DNA of 63,639 bases, counting the filler, from Candidatus Woesearchaeota archaeon (GTDB taxonomy: Archaea; Nanobdellota; Nanobdellia; Woesearchaeales; CG1-02-33-12), in assembly GCA_018399355.1 (NCBI GenBank). It is 7 parts of 7 records of this genome, joined end to end, with 100 filler letters (N's around TTAATTAATTAA, not from the genome) between each part and the next. Parts side by side here need not be neighbours in the genome. Positions count along the whole stretch, not along the records: positions 48,708 to 57,356 come from JAGYOA010000038.1; positions 57,457 to 63,639 come from JAGYOA010000046.1; 5 more parts are not named here. One strand, written 5' to 3'. A program made the position numbers and the translations under genes. Below, piece by piece: positions 53,845-63,639 of this stretch; position 1 is the stretch's first letter; each line of letters starts with the position of its first letter. The notes beneath the pieces were generated by a model. It was given only the letters and a program-made list of their open reading frames with translations. It had not been told where the DNA came from and did no database searches.

Positions 53845-55273
53845 AATAAATCTTGTATTCTGCGGGCCTGCCGCACTTTATACACTTGCCTTTTTGTTTT
53901 TTTTCATCGAAAGTTATGCATCTTGAGGTTGCTCCGTCTGCTCCAGATTTAATTAATTCCTCACATTCTTTATCTCCGCAGAAAAATGCCTTTACTATTT
54001 TCTTTTTCTTTATCTGATTAACAAAATCATCCCATTTTTCAACTTCAACAATATTTTCATCAATAAGCTTTTTTGCCTTTTCAAAAAGGTTTTTCTGTAT
54101 TTTATCAAGAGTTTCCTTTAGCTTTTTGTTTATCTCATTAAAACCAACTGCTTCTTTCTCTCCTGTATCTCTTCTTACCATGATCACTTGGTTTTTTTCC
54201 ATGTCCTTAGGTCCTATTTCTATCCTGACTGGAACACCCTTTAGCTCCCATTCATTGAATTTCCATCCAGGATTATATTCATCCCTGTCATCAATTTTTA
54301 TGTTGTAGTTTTTTAAGGATTTTTTAATTTCATGTGCTTTCTCAACTATATTGCCCTTTGATTTTCCGATTATTATTGGGATTATAACAGCATGAACAGG
54401 AGCAACTCTTGGTGGAATTACCAATCCTTTGTCATCTCCATGGAGCATTATAACTGCACCAATCATTCTTGTGCTTATTCCCCATGATGTCTGCCATGGA
54501 CTATGATATTTTTCATCCTTACCGAGGAATTTTATGTCAAATGCCTTTGCAAAATTCTGCCCGAGCATATGTGATGTTCCCATCTGCAGTGCTTTTCCAT
54601 CCGGCATAAAAGCTTCCAAGGTTGTTGTATAAACAGCCCCTGCAAACTTTTCCTTTTCTGTTTTCTTGCCTGTTAAAACAGGAACGGCAAGGTAGTTTTC
54701 CATTAAGTCTTTGTACATATAAAGAATATCCATAACTTCCCTGTCTGCTTCTTCTTTTGTAGCATGCACCGTATGTCCTTCCTGCCAAAGAAACTCTCTG
54801 GTTCTCAAGAAGGGTTTTGGATACTTAAATTCCCATCTTACGATATTGCACCACTGGTTTATCAATAAAGGCAAATCCCTCCATGACCTTATCCATTTTG
54901 AATATGACTCATTTATTATTGTTTCAGATGTTGGCCTTATTGCAAGCCTTTCAGACATTTTTGTGTTTCCGCCGTGTGTAACCCAGGCAACTTCTGGAGC
55001 AAATCCCTCAACATGCTCTTTCTCTTTTGTTAACAGGTGTTCAGGTATAAGCAAAGGGAAATAGGCATTTTTATGGCCCGTGCTTTTAATCATATCGTCA
55101 AATATCTTTTGTATGTTCTCCCAGATTGCATATGCATTTGGCCTTAAAACCATGCACCCTGAGACAGAAGTATAATCGGCTAATTCAGCCTTCTGTACAA
55201 CCTGTGTGTACCACTCGCTTAAGTTTTCGGATTTTTTTACTGTAATTCCAATATTTTCCTTTTTCTTTGCCAT
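53828..55273 (-). CDS. proS: prolyl-tRNA synthetase, archaeal/eukaryotic type
   Basis: EWYTQV, EGFAPEVAWV, IRPTSET, FLRTREFLWQEGHT, SWGISTR, C-terminal Zn domain. Confidence 0.97.
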   Translation of the reverse strand: MAKKKENIGITVKKSENLSEWYTQVVQKAELADYTSVSGCMVLRPNAYAIWENIQKIFDDMIKSTGHKNAYFPLLIPEHLLTKEKEHVEGFAPEVAWVTHGGNTKMSERLAIRPTSETIINESYSKWIRSWRDLPLLINQWCNIVRWEFKYPKPFLRTREFLWQEGHTVHATKEEADREVMDILYMYKDLMENYLAVPVLTGKKTEKEKFAGAVYTTTLEAFMPDGKALQMGTSHMLGQNFAKAFDIKFLGKDEKYHSPWQTSWGISTRMIGAVIMLHGDDKGLVIPPRVAPVHAVIIPIIIGKSKGNIVEKAHEIKKSLKNYNIKIDDRDEYNPGWKFNEWELKGVPVRIEIGPKDMEKNQVIMVRRDTGEKEAVGFNEINKKLKETLDKIQKNLFEKAKKLIDENIVEVEKWDDFVNQIKKKKIVKAFFCGDKECEELIKSGADGATSRCITFDEKKQKGKCIKCGRPAEYKIYFSKSY

Positions 55274-55392
55274 ACCAACAATAATTTATGTTTTTATTTA
55301 AATATTTTGTTTATTGGAGACTGAGCCGCTGAGACTTTCAGAAGTGATTGCTCTTTTTTACGAACGAAGTGAAATTCTCAATATTAATTTTA

Positions 55393-55677
55393 CTATAGAA
55401 GAAGGTTAAAAAGTAAAATAAATAATGCAGTTATGATATAAACTATTCTTAAAGCAATTATTGTTCTATTGTAGTAGATATTATCCTTATACGGATTATA
55501 AAAAAGATGGGAAACTAAAAAAATACCAATTTCTACCCGAGATAAGAATCCTCTTTCTGGCTTTATTATTTTATTTATCAATAATCCTGCTCGAATGTTA
55601 AGAAAAAGTATAAAAAAGATTAGTATTAAAGACAAAGAGCCCATTAAATTAGCTAAAAAAAACCTATACATGTCCAA
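55393..55677 (-). CDS. small membrane hypothetical protein
   Basis: 94 aa with two to three hydrophobic segments. Confidence 0.4.
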   Translation of the reverse strand: MDMYRFFLANLMGSLSLILIFFILFLNIRAGLLINKIIKPERGFLSRVEIGIFLVSHLFYNPYKDNIYYNRTIIALRIVYIITALFILLFNLLL

Positions 55678-55731
55678 TTTTGATTTAGAATTATATAAAA
55701 ATGTTTGCGTTTTCGAATCATATTTCTCACA

Positions 55732-57159
55732 TTATCCTATAACCTTTTCCTCTGCCTGAGATTCAAGGGTTATCTCATTAACATCAATCTTATCTGCTTT
55801 TATTTTTTCCTTCAGTTTAAGATATATCAAGTATGTCATGATAAGGCCGAGAATCATCATAATTGGATAAGACCACCACAAACCAATTGCTCCAAGACCA
55901 AGAACAAATGCAAGAATATAGGCTCCCGATAGCCTAAAAACAAAATTATGCACTATGCTTATAACCATTGCAACATCTGTCCTCTTTACGCCTCTGAAAA
56001 AACCTATGAGTAAATGCCTTCCAAATCCAAATGCGATAAAAGGGGAAATTATTCTTAAAAAGGATGTTCCTAGATCTATTACATCTACATCTGTTGTAAA
56101 TGCAGATAATATATACCTTGAAAAAATAAAGGTTATGATGCTTATAAACAAGATTATGGGCAATCCAACTATAGTAGAATCTTTCAATGAGGAGAATATT
56201 CTTTTTAACTTTCCTGCGCCAAAGTTCTGCGCAACAACTGTTGATACTGCTACAGATATCCCCAATGAGGGAATCATAAAAAAACTGAAAAGCCTTGTGA
56301 CTATTCCAAATGCTGCAAGTACTATAGTTCCAAGCGAGCTTACCATTGAAGTTAGTATAAAAACACTTATTGATATCGAGCTCATCTCTAAAGATGTTGG
56401 TATTCCGAGCCTGAAAAGATCTTTTATTATATCCATTCTTGGTCTTATAAAACTAAAGTCTAACTTTATCCCGTAAGTGTTTTTAATTAAGTGGTAGATA
56501 GCAACAAAGCTTGCAATTGCCCTTGATATAACTGTAGCTAATGCCGCTCCAAATATTCCCATTTCAGGAAAAGGCCCTATTCCAAATATCATTAATGGGT
56601 CAAGAATCACATTGATTAAAACAGACATAAAAACAAATTTCATAGGGGTTTTTGTATTGCCAATTGCTCTTAATGCTGCCTCAAAAATATAGTAGGGTAT
56701 CATAAGCAAAAGGCCGACAAATATTGTCCTAAGATAGATAACTGCGCTTTGGTATACGTTTATATCAGAACTCAAAAAAGATACAATATAAGGTGTAAGG
56801 ATAAAGCCCAAAACTGAAACAATTATTAACAAAAAGAACAAGACAACAAATGACTGCGTAACTATTATATCAACCTCTTTTTTGTCTTTTTCTTTTTTTG
56901 TTTTAAAGGCTTTTCCCACTGCATGGGCTATCAATATTGAACTTCCAACACCTATTCCCATTGAAATAGATATTATAAGAAAAACAATGGGAAAGCTTAT
57001 GGTTACTGCTGCAATTGCATAACTTCCCAATTTTCCAACCCAGAAAGTGTCTGTTATGTTATAGGTTGACTGCAGCAAGTTTGAGATCATAACAGGAAGA
57101 GAAAGCATTAATATTACTTTTTTTAAATCGCCTTTTAGAATATTCCTTTCCTTTTTCAT
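55732..57159 (-). CDS. MATE-family efflux transporter
   Basis: LSLPVM..LLQ..YNITDTFWVGKLG, RAIGNTKTPM, NVILDPLMIFG and AQNFGAG. Confidence 0.92.
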   Translation of the reverse strand: MKKERNILKGDLKKVILMLSLPVMISNLLQSTYNITDTFWVGKLGSYAIAAVTISFPIVFLIISISMGIGVGSSILIAHAVGKAFKTKKEKDKKEVDIIVTQSFVVLFFLLIIVSVLGFILTPYIVSFLSSDINVYQSAVIYLRTIFVGLLLMIPYYIFEAALRAIGNTKTPMKFVFMSVLINVILDPLMIFGIGPFPEMGIFGAALATVISRAIASFVAIYHLIKNTYGIKLDFSFIRPRMDIIKDLFRLGIPTSLEMSSISISVFILTSMVSSLGTIVLAAFGIVTRLFSFFMIPSLGISVAVSTVVAQNFGAGKLKRIFSSLKDSTIVGLPIILFISIITFIFSRYILSAFTTDVDVIDLGTSFLRIISPFIAFGFGRHLLIGFFRGVKRTDVAMVISIVHNFVFRLSGAYILAFVLGLGAIGLWWSYPIMMILGLIMTYLIYLKLKEKIKADKIDVNEITLESQAEEKVIG

Positions 57160-57356
57160 CAGATTTTGGGAAAGGAGATTGTTTAAAAAGCTTTTTAAAA
57201 AACCACAGCAAAATATAAAAACATTAAACATATTTAAAAAATAATATGACCCATATTAATAATTTAATCAAAAAGTATATTGCGACAAAATATATTTCTA
57301 AGATTAATAATACCATTAAAAACTTTAAAGGGAAAAGAAAAGATCACCATCAAGGG

Positions 57357-57456
57357 NNNNNNNNNNNNNNNNNNNNNNNNNNNNNNNNNNNNNNNNNNNN
57401 TTAATTAATTAANNNNNNNNNNNNNNNNNNNNNNNNNNNNNNNNNNNNNNNNNNNN
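57357..57456. other. artificial contig linker
   Basis: N44-TTAATTAATTAA-N44. Confidence 0.98.
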
Positions 57457-57499
57457 TAATAAATAATTTTTTCAAAAAAAGAGGTTTTAAGGGTTAAAG

Positions 57500-60400
57500 A
57501 TGGCAGAAGATAAAAAAGATGATGAAATAACAATAGACTTGAGTAGCATATTCAGAAAGAAAAAACAAAGTAAAGATGAATCTTCAAAAGAGAAAATAGA
57601 GATTACTGAAGTTAAAGAATTAGATGAAAACAATGAATATACCCTAAAAGAATCGCAAGAACAAAACAAAAAAGAAAAGCCTGAACCAAAAGAAAAATCT
57701 GATGAAAAACAAGAAAAGAGCGATGAAGTTTCAATTGACTTAACCAAAGTAAAAAATTTCTTTAAAAAAGATAAATCATATTCAAAACAACAGGAAAAGC
57801 AGGATGATGGCTCAATAAATATTAGCAGTATATCTGAAAGCTTAAACAGACATAAAAAAGTCATTATTCCTTTGGTTATAATATTGATTTGTATGTTCTT
57901 CAGTATCTATTTCAGAAGCCTTCCTGCTCATCTTCCTGTAACTGATGACTGGGCAAGAAATACTGTTTATGAGTATTATAAATCCCAAATAAGGCAGGAG
58001 GTAAATGCACAGCATCCTCTCTTGCCAAATGCAAACAAAGAACAGATTATTAACGATGAGTTTAATAATATGCTCAATGAAAACAGCGCTGAAATACAGC
58101 AAAGCGTAAGAGAGGTATCTGCCGACTTTAAATCAAGATTGCAAGATGACCAACAACAAACATACCTTCTTGCAATTGACCCTTATTTCTGGTATAGGAA
58201 TGCAAGAAATTATATTGAAACTGGACTTGCTTATGACCTTGAAGTTAATGGAGTTTATTTTGACACTCACCGTATGGCCCCATTGATGGAAGAAGATATT
58301 GAAAAAAGAAAAGATACAGGTAGCCAGTTAGGACAATGGTTTGGCAAAAAATATCAGAACTTTCATGTATTTATGATTGTGTGGATTTATAGAATCTTAA
58401 ATTTGTTTAACAGCAGTATTTCGCTTATGGCCGCTGCATTTTATGTTCCGATTATAATCAGCCCATTGATGGTTATACCTGCATTTTTCATAGCAAGAAG
58501 AGTTGGAGGAAATGTCGCCGGTTTTTTTGCCGGGTTAATGGTTGCAATACATCCTTTTGTTTTAACTAGGACATCTGGCGGATTCTCTGACACAGACGCC
58601 TATAATGTTCTGTTCCCTCTTCTTATAACATGGGTTTTTATTGAAGCGTTTGAAACAAAAAACCTGAAAAAGAAAGTATGGCTCACTGTATTAAGCGGTT
58701 TTTTAATGGGGCTTTTCAGTTTTGCATGGAGCGGATGGTCTTTCATATTCAATGTCCTTCTTGCAGCATCAGGAATCTTTTTGGTATATCAGGCTGTGAT
58801 AAACAGAGAAATGATAAAAAAAGGAATATTAAATTTAATAAACTATTTCAAGATAAAAAATACAATGATAATCATAATAACTTTCCTTGTTTCATCGGGT
58901 GTTTTTGTAACTTCTTTCTCTGGGATAAGAGCATTTTTAAGGGGATTAACAGAATATATACAATTCGCCCAGATGAAAGACGTTGCTGTAACAAGCTTGT
59001 GGTATAATGTTTATACTACTGTTGCAGAAATGAATCCTTTATCATGGAAACAGATAGTGGAACAGATAGGAGGACAACTTCTTTTCTCAATAGCACTAAT
59101 TGGTATTTTTCTTACAATAGTAAAAAGAAATAAAGATGGAGGCATAAACCCTCTTTATGCTGTATTGGTTTCTGTTCTTTCATTTTTAGTAATATACTTT
59201 AGCTTCAGCTACAATTCATTTATGCTGTTTGTTGTATCAGTCATTGCAATAACCTTGTTTGTATTGTTAACAAATAAAGACATAGAACAAAAAATAGATA
59301 TAAAGACCTCATTGATAATAATAATCTGGTTTTTTGCAACAGCATACGCAAGCACAAAGGGAGTCAGGTTCATTTTGATTATGGCCCCTGCATTTGCTCT
59401 TGGATTTGGAATTGCCCTTGGCCTTATATATGACTTTTTTTCAAAATTCCTTTCAAAGGAAATGCATGTTGAAAAAGCTGTTTCAGCTATTGTGATGTTT
59501 ATACTTTTAAGCACATTAGTGATTTCTCCGATAAGCAATGCAAATCAAGTTGCAAGAAACCAAATTCCAAGCATGAATGATGCATGGTATGAATCATTAA
59601 CAATGATAAAAGAAAATTCCTCAGAAGATGCAATAATAAACTCATGGTGGGACTTCGGCCACTGGTTTAAGGCAATAGCTGATCGCGGTGTAACTCTTGA
59701 TGGAGGGGGCCAGAATCAGCCTCAAGCACATTGGCTTGGAAAACTGATGATTACATCAGATGAAAAAATGTCTGTTGGAATATTAAGGATGCTTGATTGC
59801 GGAAAGACATATGGCTTTGACGCAATAGATGAAGAGTTTAATGACACTTTGAAAACAATAAACACATTGTATGAAATAATTCCTGTTGAGAGGGATGAGG
59901 CCAAGCTAATTCTGCTTGACAAACAATTTAGCGAAGAAAAAGCCGAGAAGGTTCTTGATTATACTCACTGTGAAAATCCTCCTGAAAATTATTTTATAAC
60001 TTCTGCAGATATGGTAAACAAGGCAGGAGTATGGGGACACTTTGGATCATGGGATTTTGAAAGGGCAGCTATGTATCAAAGAGTAAAAAAAATAAGAGAT
60101 GGACCAAAGGCAGTAGACATTCTAATGAAAGAGTTTAACCTTTCAGAACAAAAAGCAGATCAGTATTTCTATGAAATACATAATCAGGATGCAGACCAGT
60201 GGGTTACAGGATGGCCTGGCTATATAACCAGCTTAAGATCATGCAGCAATACAGGCAATGACAGTATACAGTGCATACACAATATGGGAGCTCAATCACT
60301 GGCCTTCAACATAAACCTTACAACAATGGAAGCTGTGATTCCTGCAGTGCAGGGTGATGTTTATCCTTACTCTTTAGTTTATTCAACAGAAGATGGAATA

Positions 60401-60643
60401 AAGGAAAATAAATATGATGAATATGCAATACCTTACTCAATTGCAATAATAAGATCAGGCAATACATACCAAAGTATAATGATGGCACCTGAGCTTGCAA
60501 CAAGCATGTTCACAACATTGTTTTTCTATAATGGAATTGGTTTAGAGCACTATGAAAAGTTCCATGATACAACTGATATTACCGGCTCAAGAATAATTGT
60601 CTGGAAGATAAACTGGGAAGGAAAAGTTGGAACAGATGAATAA
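57500..60643 (+). CDS. aglB: oligosaccharyltransferase AglB/STT3
   Basis: AIDPYFWYR, GFSDTD (DxD), TVAE, SWWDFGHW (WWDxG) and DMVNK (DK motif). Confidence 0.93.
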   Translation: MAEDKKDDEITIDLSSIFRKKKQSKDESSKEKIEITEVKELDENNEYTLKESQEQNKKEKPEPKEKSDEKQEKSDEVSIDLTKVKNFFKKDKSYSKQQEKQDDGSINISSISESLNRHKKVIIPLVIILICMFFSIYFRSLPAHLPVTDDWARNTVYEYYKSQIRQEVNAQHPLLPNANKEQIINDEFNNMLNENSAEIQQSVREVSADFKSRLQDDQQQTYLLAIDPYFWYRNARNYIETGLAYDLEVNGVYFDTHRMAPLMEEDIEKRKDTGSQLGQWFGKKYQNFHVFMIVWIYRILNLFNSSISLMAAAFYVPIIISPLMVIPAFFIARRVGGNVAGFFAGLMVAIHPFVLTRTSGGFSDTDAYNVLFPLLITWVFIEAFETKNLKKKVWLTVLSGFLMGLFSFAWSGWSFIFNVLLAASGIFLVYQAVINREMIKKGILNLINYFKIKNTMIIIITFLVSSGVFVTSFSGIRAFLRGLTEYIQFAQMKDVAVTSLWYNVYTTVAEMNPLSWKQIVEQIGGQLLFSIALIGIFLTIVKRNKDGGINPLYAVLVSVLSFLVIYFSFSYNSFMLFVVSVIAITLFVLLTNKDIEQKIDIKTSLIIIIWFFATAYASTKGVRFILIMAPAFALGFGIALGLIYDFFSKFLSKEMHVEKAVSAIVMFILLSTLVISPISNANQVARNQIPSMNDAWYESLTMIKENSSEDAIINSWWDFGHWFKAIADRGVTLDGGGQNQPQAHWLGKLMITSDEKMSVGILRMLDCGKTYGFDAIDEEFNDTLKTINTLYEIIPVERDEAKLILLDKQFSEEKAEKVLDYTHCENPPENYFITSADMVNKAGVWGHFGSWDFERAAMYQRVKKIRDGPKAVDILMKEFNLSEQKADQYFYEIHNQDADQWVTGWPGYITSLRSCSNTGNDSIQCIHNMGAQSLAFNINLTTMEAVIPAVQGDVYPYSLVYSTEDGIKENKYDEYAIPYSIAIIRSGNTYQSIMMAPELATSMFTTLFFYNGIGLEHYEKFHDTTDITGSRIIVWKINWEGKVGTDE

Positions 60644-61292
60644 AACATGGATTATTATTCCTGCAAAGAATGAAGAAAAAAATATTGGGGATGTAGTCAT
60701 TAAATCTAAAAATTTCTGTGAAAATGTTGTTGTTGTTGACGACGGCTCAGATGACAAAACAGAGGATATAGCAAAAAAACGAGGGGCTGTTGTTTTAAGG
60801 CATATAGTCAACCTTGGAAAGGGCGCTGCATTAAAGACAGGATGCGATTATGCATTAAAAAATGGCGCTGAAAAAATAGTTGTTCTTGATGCAGACGGCC
60901 AGCATGATCCTAAAGAGATTCCTGAATTTGTTAAGGCGCTTGAAAAGGCAGATATAGCATTTGGTCAGAGAAAACTCAACAAAAAAATGCCTTTTGTTTT
61001 TAGAATAGGAAACTGGATGATATTCAGGATTACCAGTTTACTGTATAAAATGAAGGTATTTGACACTCAGTGCGGCTACAGGGCTTTTACAATAGATGCA
61101 TATAAAAAAATAAGATGGGATGCTGTAGATTATTCAATGGAGTCAGAGATGATAGCAAACGCAGGAAAAAACAATCTTCAATATATCCAGGTGCCCATTG
61201 AAACAATATACTCTGATAATTACAAGGGAACTACTGTTATTGATGGATTAAAGATAGTGCTTAATATGATGTGGTGGAAGATTATCAGATAG
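60636..61292 (+). CDS. GT2 polyprenol-phosphate glycosyltransferase (DPM1-like)
   Basis: IIPAKNEE, VDDGSDD, NLGKGAA, LDADGQH and DTQCGYRAF. Confidence 0.9.
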   Translation: MNKTWIIIPAKNEEKNIGDVVIKSKNFCENVVVVDDGSDDKTEDIAKKRGAVVLRHIVNLGKGAALKTGCDYALKNGAEKIVVLDADGQHDPKEIPEFVKALEKADIAFGQRKLNKKMPFVFRIGNWMIFRITSLLYKMKVFDTQCGYRAFTIDAYKKIRWDAVDYSMESEMIANAGKNNLQYIQVPIETIYSDNYKGTTVIDGLKIVLNMMWWKIIR

Positions 61293-61323
61293 TTTTTTAA
61301 ATAAAAACAGTTTTTATGTTAAA

Positions 61324-61656
61324 ATGATTTACGGGCTCCAGATTATTGGAATATTCTTTGCATTTATGATGCTTTACCTTACTTTTCTTTACTACAAAAA
61401 AGACTCTTACGGAAGAAAAAGCCTTTTTATATGGTTCTGCGTCTGGATATTCTTTCTTATAATGGTTATGTTTCCCAAGATGATTTACGGTCTGATGGAA
61501 ACATTTCAGATAAACAGGACAGTTGACTTTTTTGTTATCGGCGGTTTTTTGTTTTTCTCTGTAATAATATTCTACCTTTATGTTGCTGTAAAAACCACGC
61601 AGAAAAAGGTTGAGGCAATTGTAAGGAAAATTGCAATTAAAAAAAATAAAGATTAG
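61324..61656 (+). CDS. DUF2304 family membrane protein
   Basis: 3 TMs, RTVDF, C-terminal VRKIAI; typical partner of DPM1-like GT2. Confidence 0.75.
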   Translation: MIYGLQIIGIFFAFMMLYLTFLYYKKDSYGRKSLFIWFCVWIFFLIMVMFPKMIYGLMETFQINRTVDFFVIGGFLFFSVIIFYLYVAVKTTQKKVEAIVRKIAIKKNKD

Positions 61657-63532
61657 TTAACCCTGAATATAAAGGCGTGCATTGGCTGTGTTTCTTGTGT
61701 TGGGTATACAACCTGGAAATATTGAGGATGTTCCACTATCTCCTGAAGCATAAAGTTTGTTTCATTCTCTCCAAACTTGTTAACGCAATGCAAATCAATT
61801 ATAAAGTATTCATAATTTCTTGTTTTAAGCCAGGATTGTATTTCATCTGCTGATTTGTTAAAGAAACTTTTCTTGAAATGCTGATAATTAATATCCCATG
61901 GCTCTGCAAACTTGTCAAATGCCAAAACTTTTGCCTCTTTAGTGCAAGCAGTAAATACTTTTGTATGATATGGAAGAGGTTTTATATGATTAAGATAAAT
62001 CTGCATCTCATCATGCGATACCCAATCAACTCCAGGTGGCCAGTAAGATGTCTGGACTTTGTATTTAGGATATCCTGATGTTATCAATATTCCAATAATC
62101 AGCATAATATAAACAAACAAAATAAAAAACTTATCTATTTTTAGTTTCTTTAAAAAGTTTCCAATGTTAAAGAAGCCCTCAGCGCATATCAAAACAACAG
62201 GTATTGAAAATGCAGCCCACCATCTATGGGCCATAACAACAGGAAAGGGCATTCTGTTGCCATGAACTCCTATAAAGCAGATAATAAGCCATAAAAAAGC
62301 AATTGCTTTCCAGCTGTTTTCTTCAGAAAATATTTTTGAGGGCTGTTTTATCCAGCTAAAAATAAATACGAGCAATGAGAATACAAGCAAGATAAATAAA
62401 AAAATCCAATTCCAGTGGGATTGTCCATCTTGCTAACTGTTCTTGCAATTATGAAATCACTCCATGTGTAAACTGCTCCTCCTCCTGCATTTTTTGCTGC
62501 TATACTTCCTAAGTCTTTAAGATTAACACTATTTCTCCCTGCAGCTGTTTCCAATCCAAATTTTGCAACAGCAGGAATCCAGAACAATGAGAATCCAATC
62601 ATAGCTCCTAAAAAACCAGCAAGAATTATTTTCCATAAAATTTTCTTCTTTGATATTGAATTAACCAAAAAATAAACAGCAAACATAATGCCAAATATAA
62701 ACGGATTAGACATTTGAGTCATTATCATTGCTGCTATTGCGACCATTGCAGGAATCATCCATTTCCAGTCTTTTTCTATTCTTTCAAGGGCATAGAAGGC
62801 AGGAAAGAACAGCAAGATAGCAAGTGTTGATGCCCATATAAAATGACCCATAAAGCAGGGGATTACCAATAAAAAGAATGTGGCTAAAAGAGCCTTTTCC
62901 CTGCTTTTAAGAAAAGTTATTGCAAAAAAGTAAAACAATATTCCAATTAAGGATATAAGTAAAACATTAAAAAATTTTAGAGTCCAAATAACATTGTTAT
63001 TTAACTGGTGGATTGTGCCCATAATTATATCATATCCTGGAGGATATGGCTCAAGATAATACTTGCCAAGGTATTCTGTTAATTCCGGGTCTAAAGAAAT
63101 TTTATGTGTCTCTTTGATGTATTTAACACCTTCTGCATGAAACCAAGGATCATCATCTTCAAGGTAAGGGTAAACAAATGCCCCATGATGATACACTAAA
63201 AAAAATATTGTGCTCATTATCAAAACTATTATGATATAAAGGCTGGATTTTTTTATTTTTAAAGAAGGCTTGCTGAAAGAAATTTTAGGGATTCCTTTTT
63301 TCAATATAGAATAAAAGGGAATTATTAAGCTTAAAAATAAGAATATTGGCCAGTAAATTGGTATATTTAGTATGTTGAGTATAACCCCAACTATAGGAAA
63401 AACACCTAATCCAAAACCTAAGCTCATGAAGAAATTTTCTATATTATTATCTGGTTTCTTAAGAAAAAAGGTTATACTATAACCAAAACAAAAACATACA
63501 ACAAAAAAATACGCTATTGATATTATGCTCAT
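61653..63532 (-). pseudogene. GT-C-fold glycosyltransferase split by a frameshift in a T7 tract
   Basis: ORF 62348-63532 (EDDDPWFH, EPYPPGYD) and ORF 61653-62390 join into one frame if the A7 run at 62398-62404 is A8. Confidence 0.75.
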
Positions 63533-63639
63533 ATTAACCCCTTTTAGTTTATTTTGTTTTTAGTTTATATTTATATAGTTTTTTATCCAAATTAATTTTT
63601 CTGTTATCCCGAAACTACTACACAAACCAAAACTACTAC

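Noticed and set aside
55311..55380. Slightly GC-richer intergenic patch with short repeats (GAGACT x2, GAAGTGA x2) as a REP-like element or ncRNA
   Set aside because: Single occurrence in the window, no convincing stem-loop and too short to support a call.
57247..57356. ORF start MTHINNLIKK.. at the contig end
   Set aside because: Short, truncated and AT-rich with no recognisable motif.
63612..63639. AAACTACTAC repeated twice at the window end
   Set aside because: Only 10 bp, two copies, and cut by the window edge; cannot be interpreted.

Overview
AT-rich archaeal DNA, most consistent with a DPANN (Woesearchaeota-like) metagenome-assembled genome. Supporting genes are GatE, aMBF1, AglB, archaeal-type ProRS/GlyRS, a tandem-Lrp regulator and an archaeal tRNA-Phe; TATA-type promoters and GGAGG/GAGGTG ribosome sites are also present. 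The window is not contiguous. It is seven contigs joined by artificial 100-nt linkers (N44-TTAATTAATTAA-N44), so gene neighbourhood is only meaningful within a contig. Contig 1 (1-10282): surface-glycan genes (three GT-C-like proteins, a processive GT2) and a DUF362-PAP2-UbiA(DPPR-synthase-type) operon that looks like a lipid-linked pentofuranose donor pathway. Contig 2: a DUF134/DUF5320/Mrp/NifX/CDF/MinD-ferredoxin metal-cofactor cluster, a family-4 UDG lacking its Fe-S cysteines, and a tandem RelE toxin-antitoxin array. Contig 3: a repeat-scarred defence-like patch (Schlafen/AlbA_2 protein, RelE TA, UvrD-nuclease), an ECF S component, fba and glpX. Contig 4: gatE (short form), lrp, glnA, ppdK, lysS. 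Contig 5: smc, GT4, PIG-L deacetylase, tRNA-Phe with a non-canonical A53-U61 pair, ssb, glyS. Contig 6: vWA proteins, proS, MATE. Contig 7: aglB, GT2, DUF2304 and a GT-C gene frameshifted at a T7 tract. I saw no CRISPR array, rRNA, integrase, transposase or reverse transcriptase. All family assignments come from recognising motifs by eye; no searches were run.
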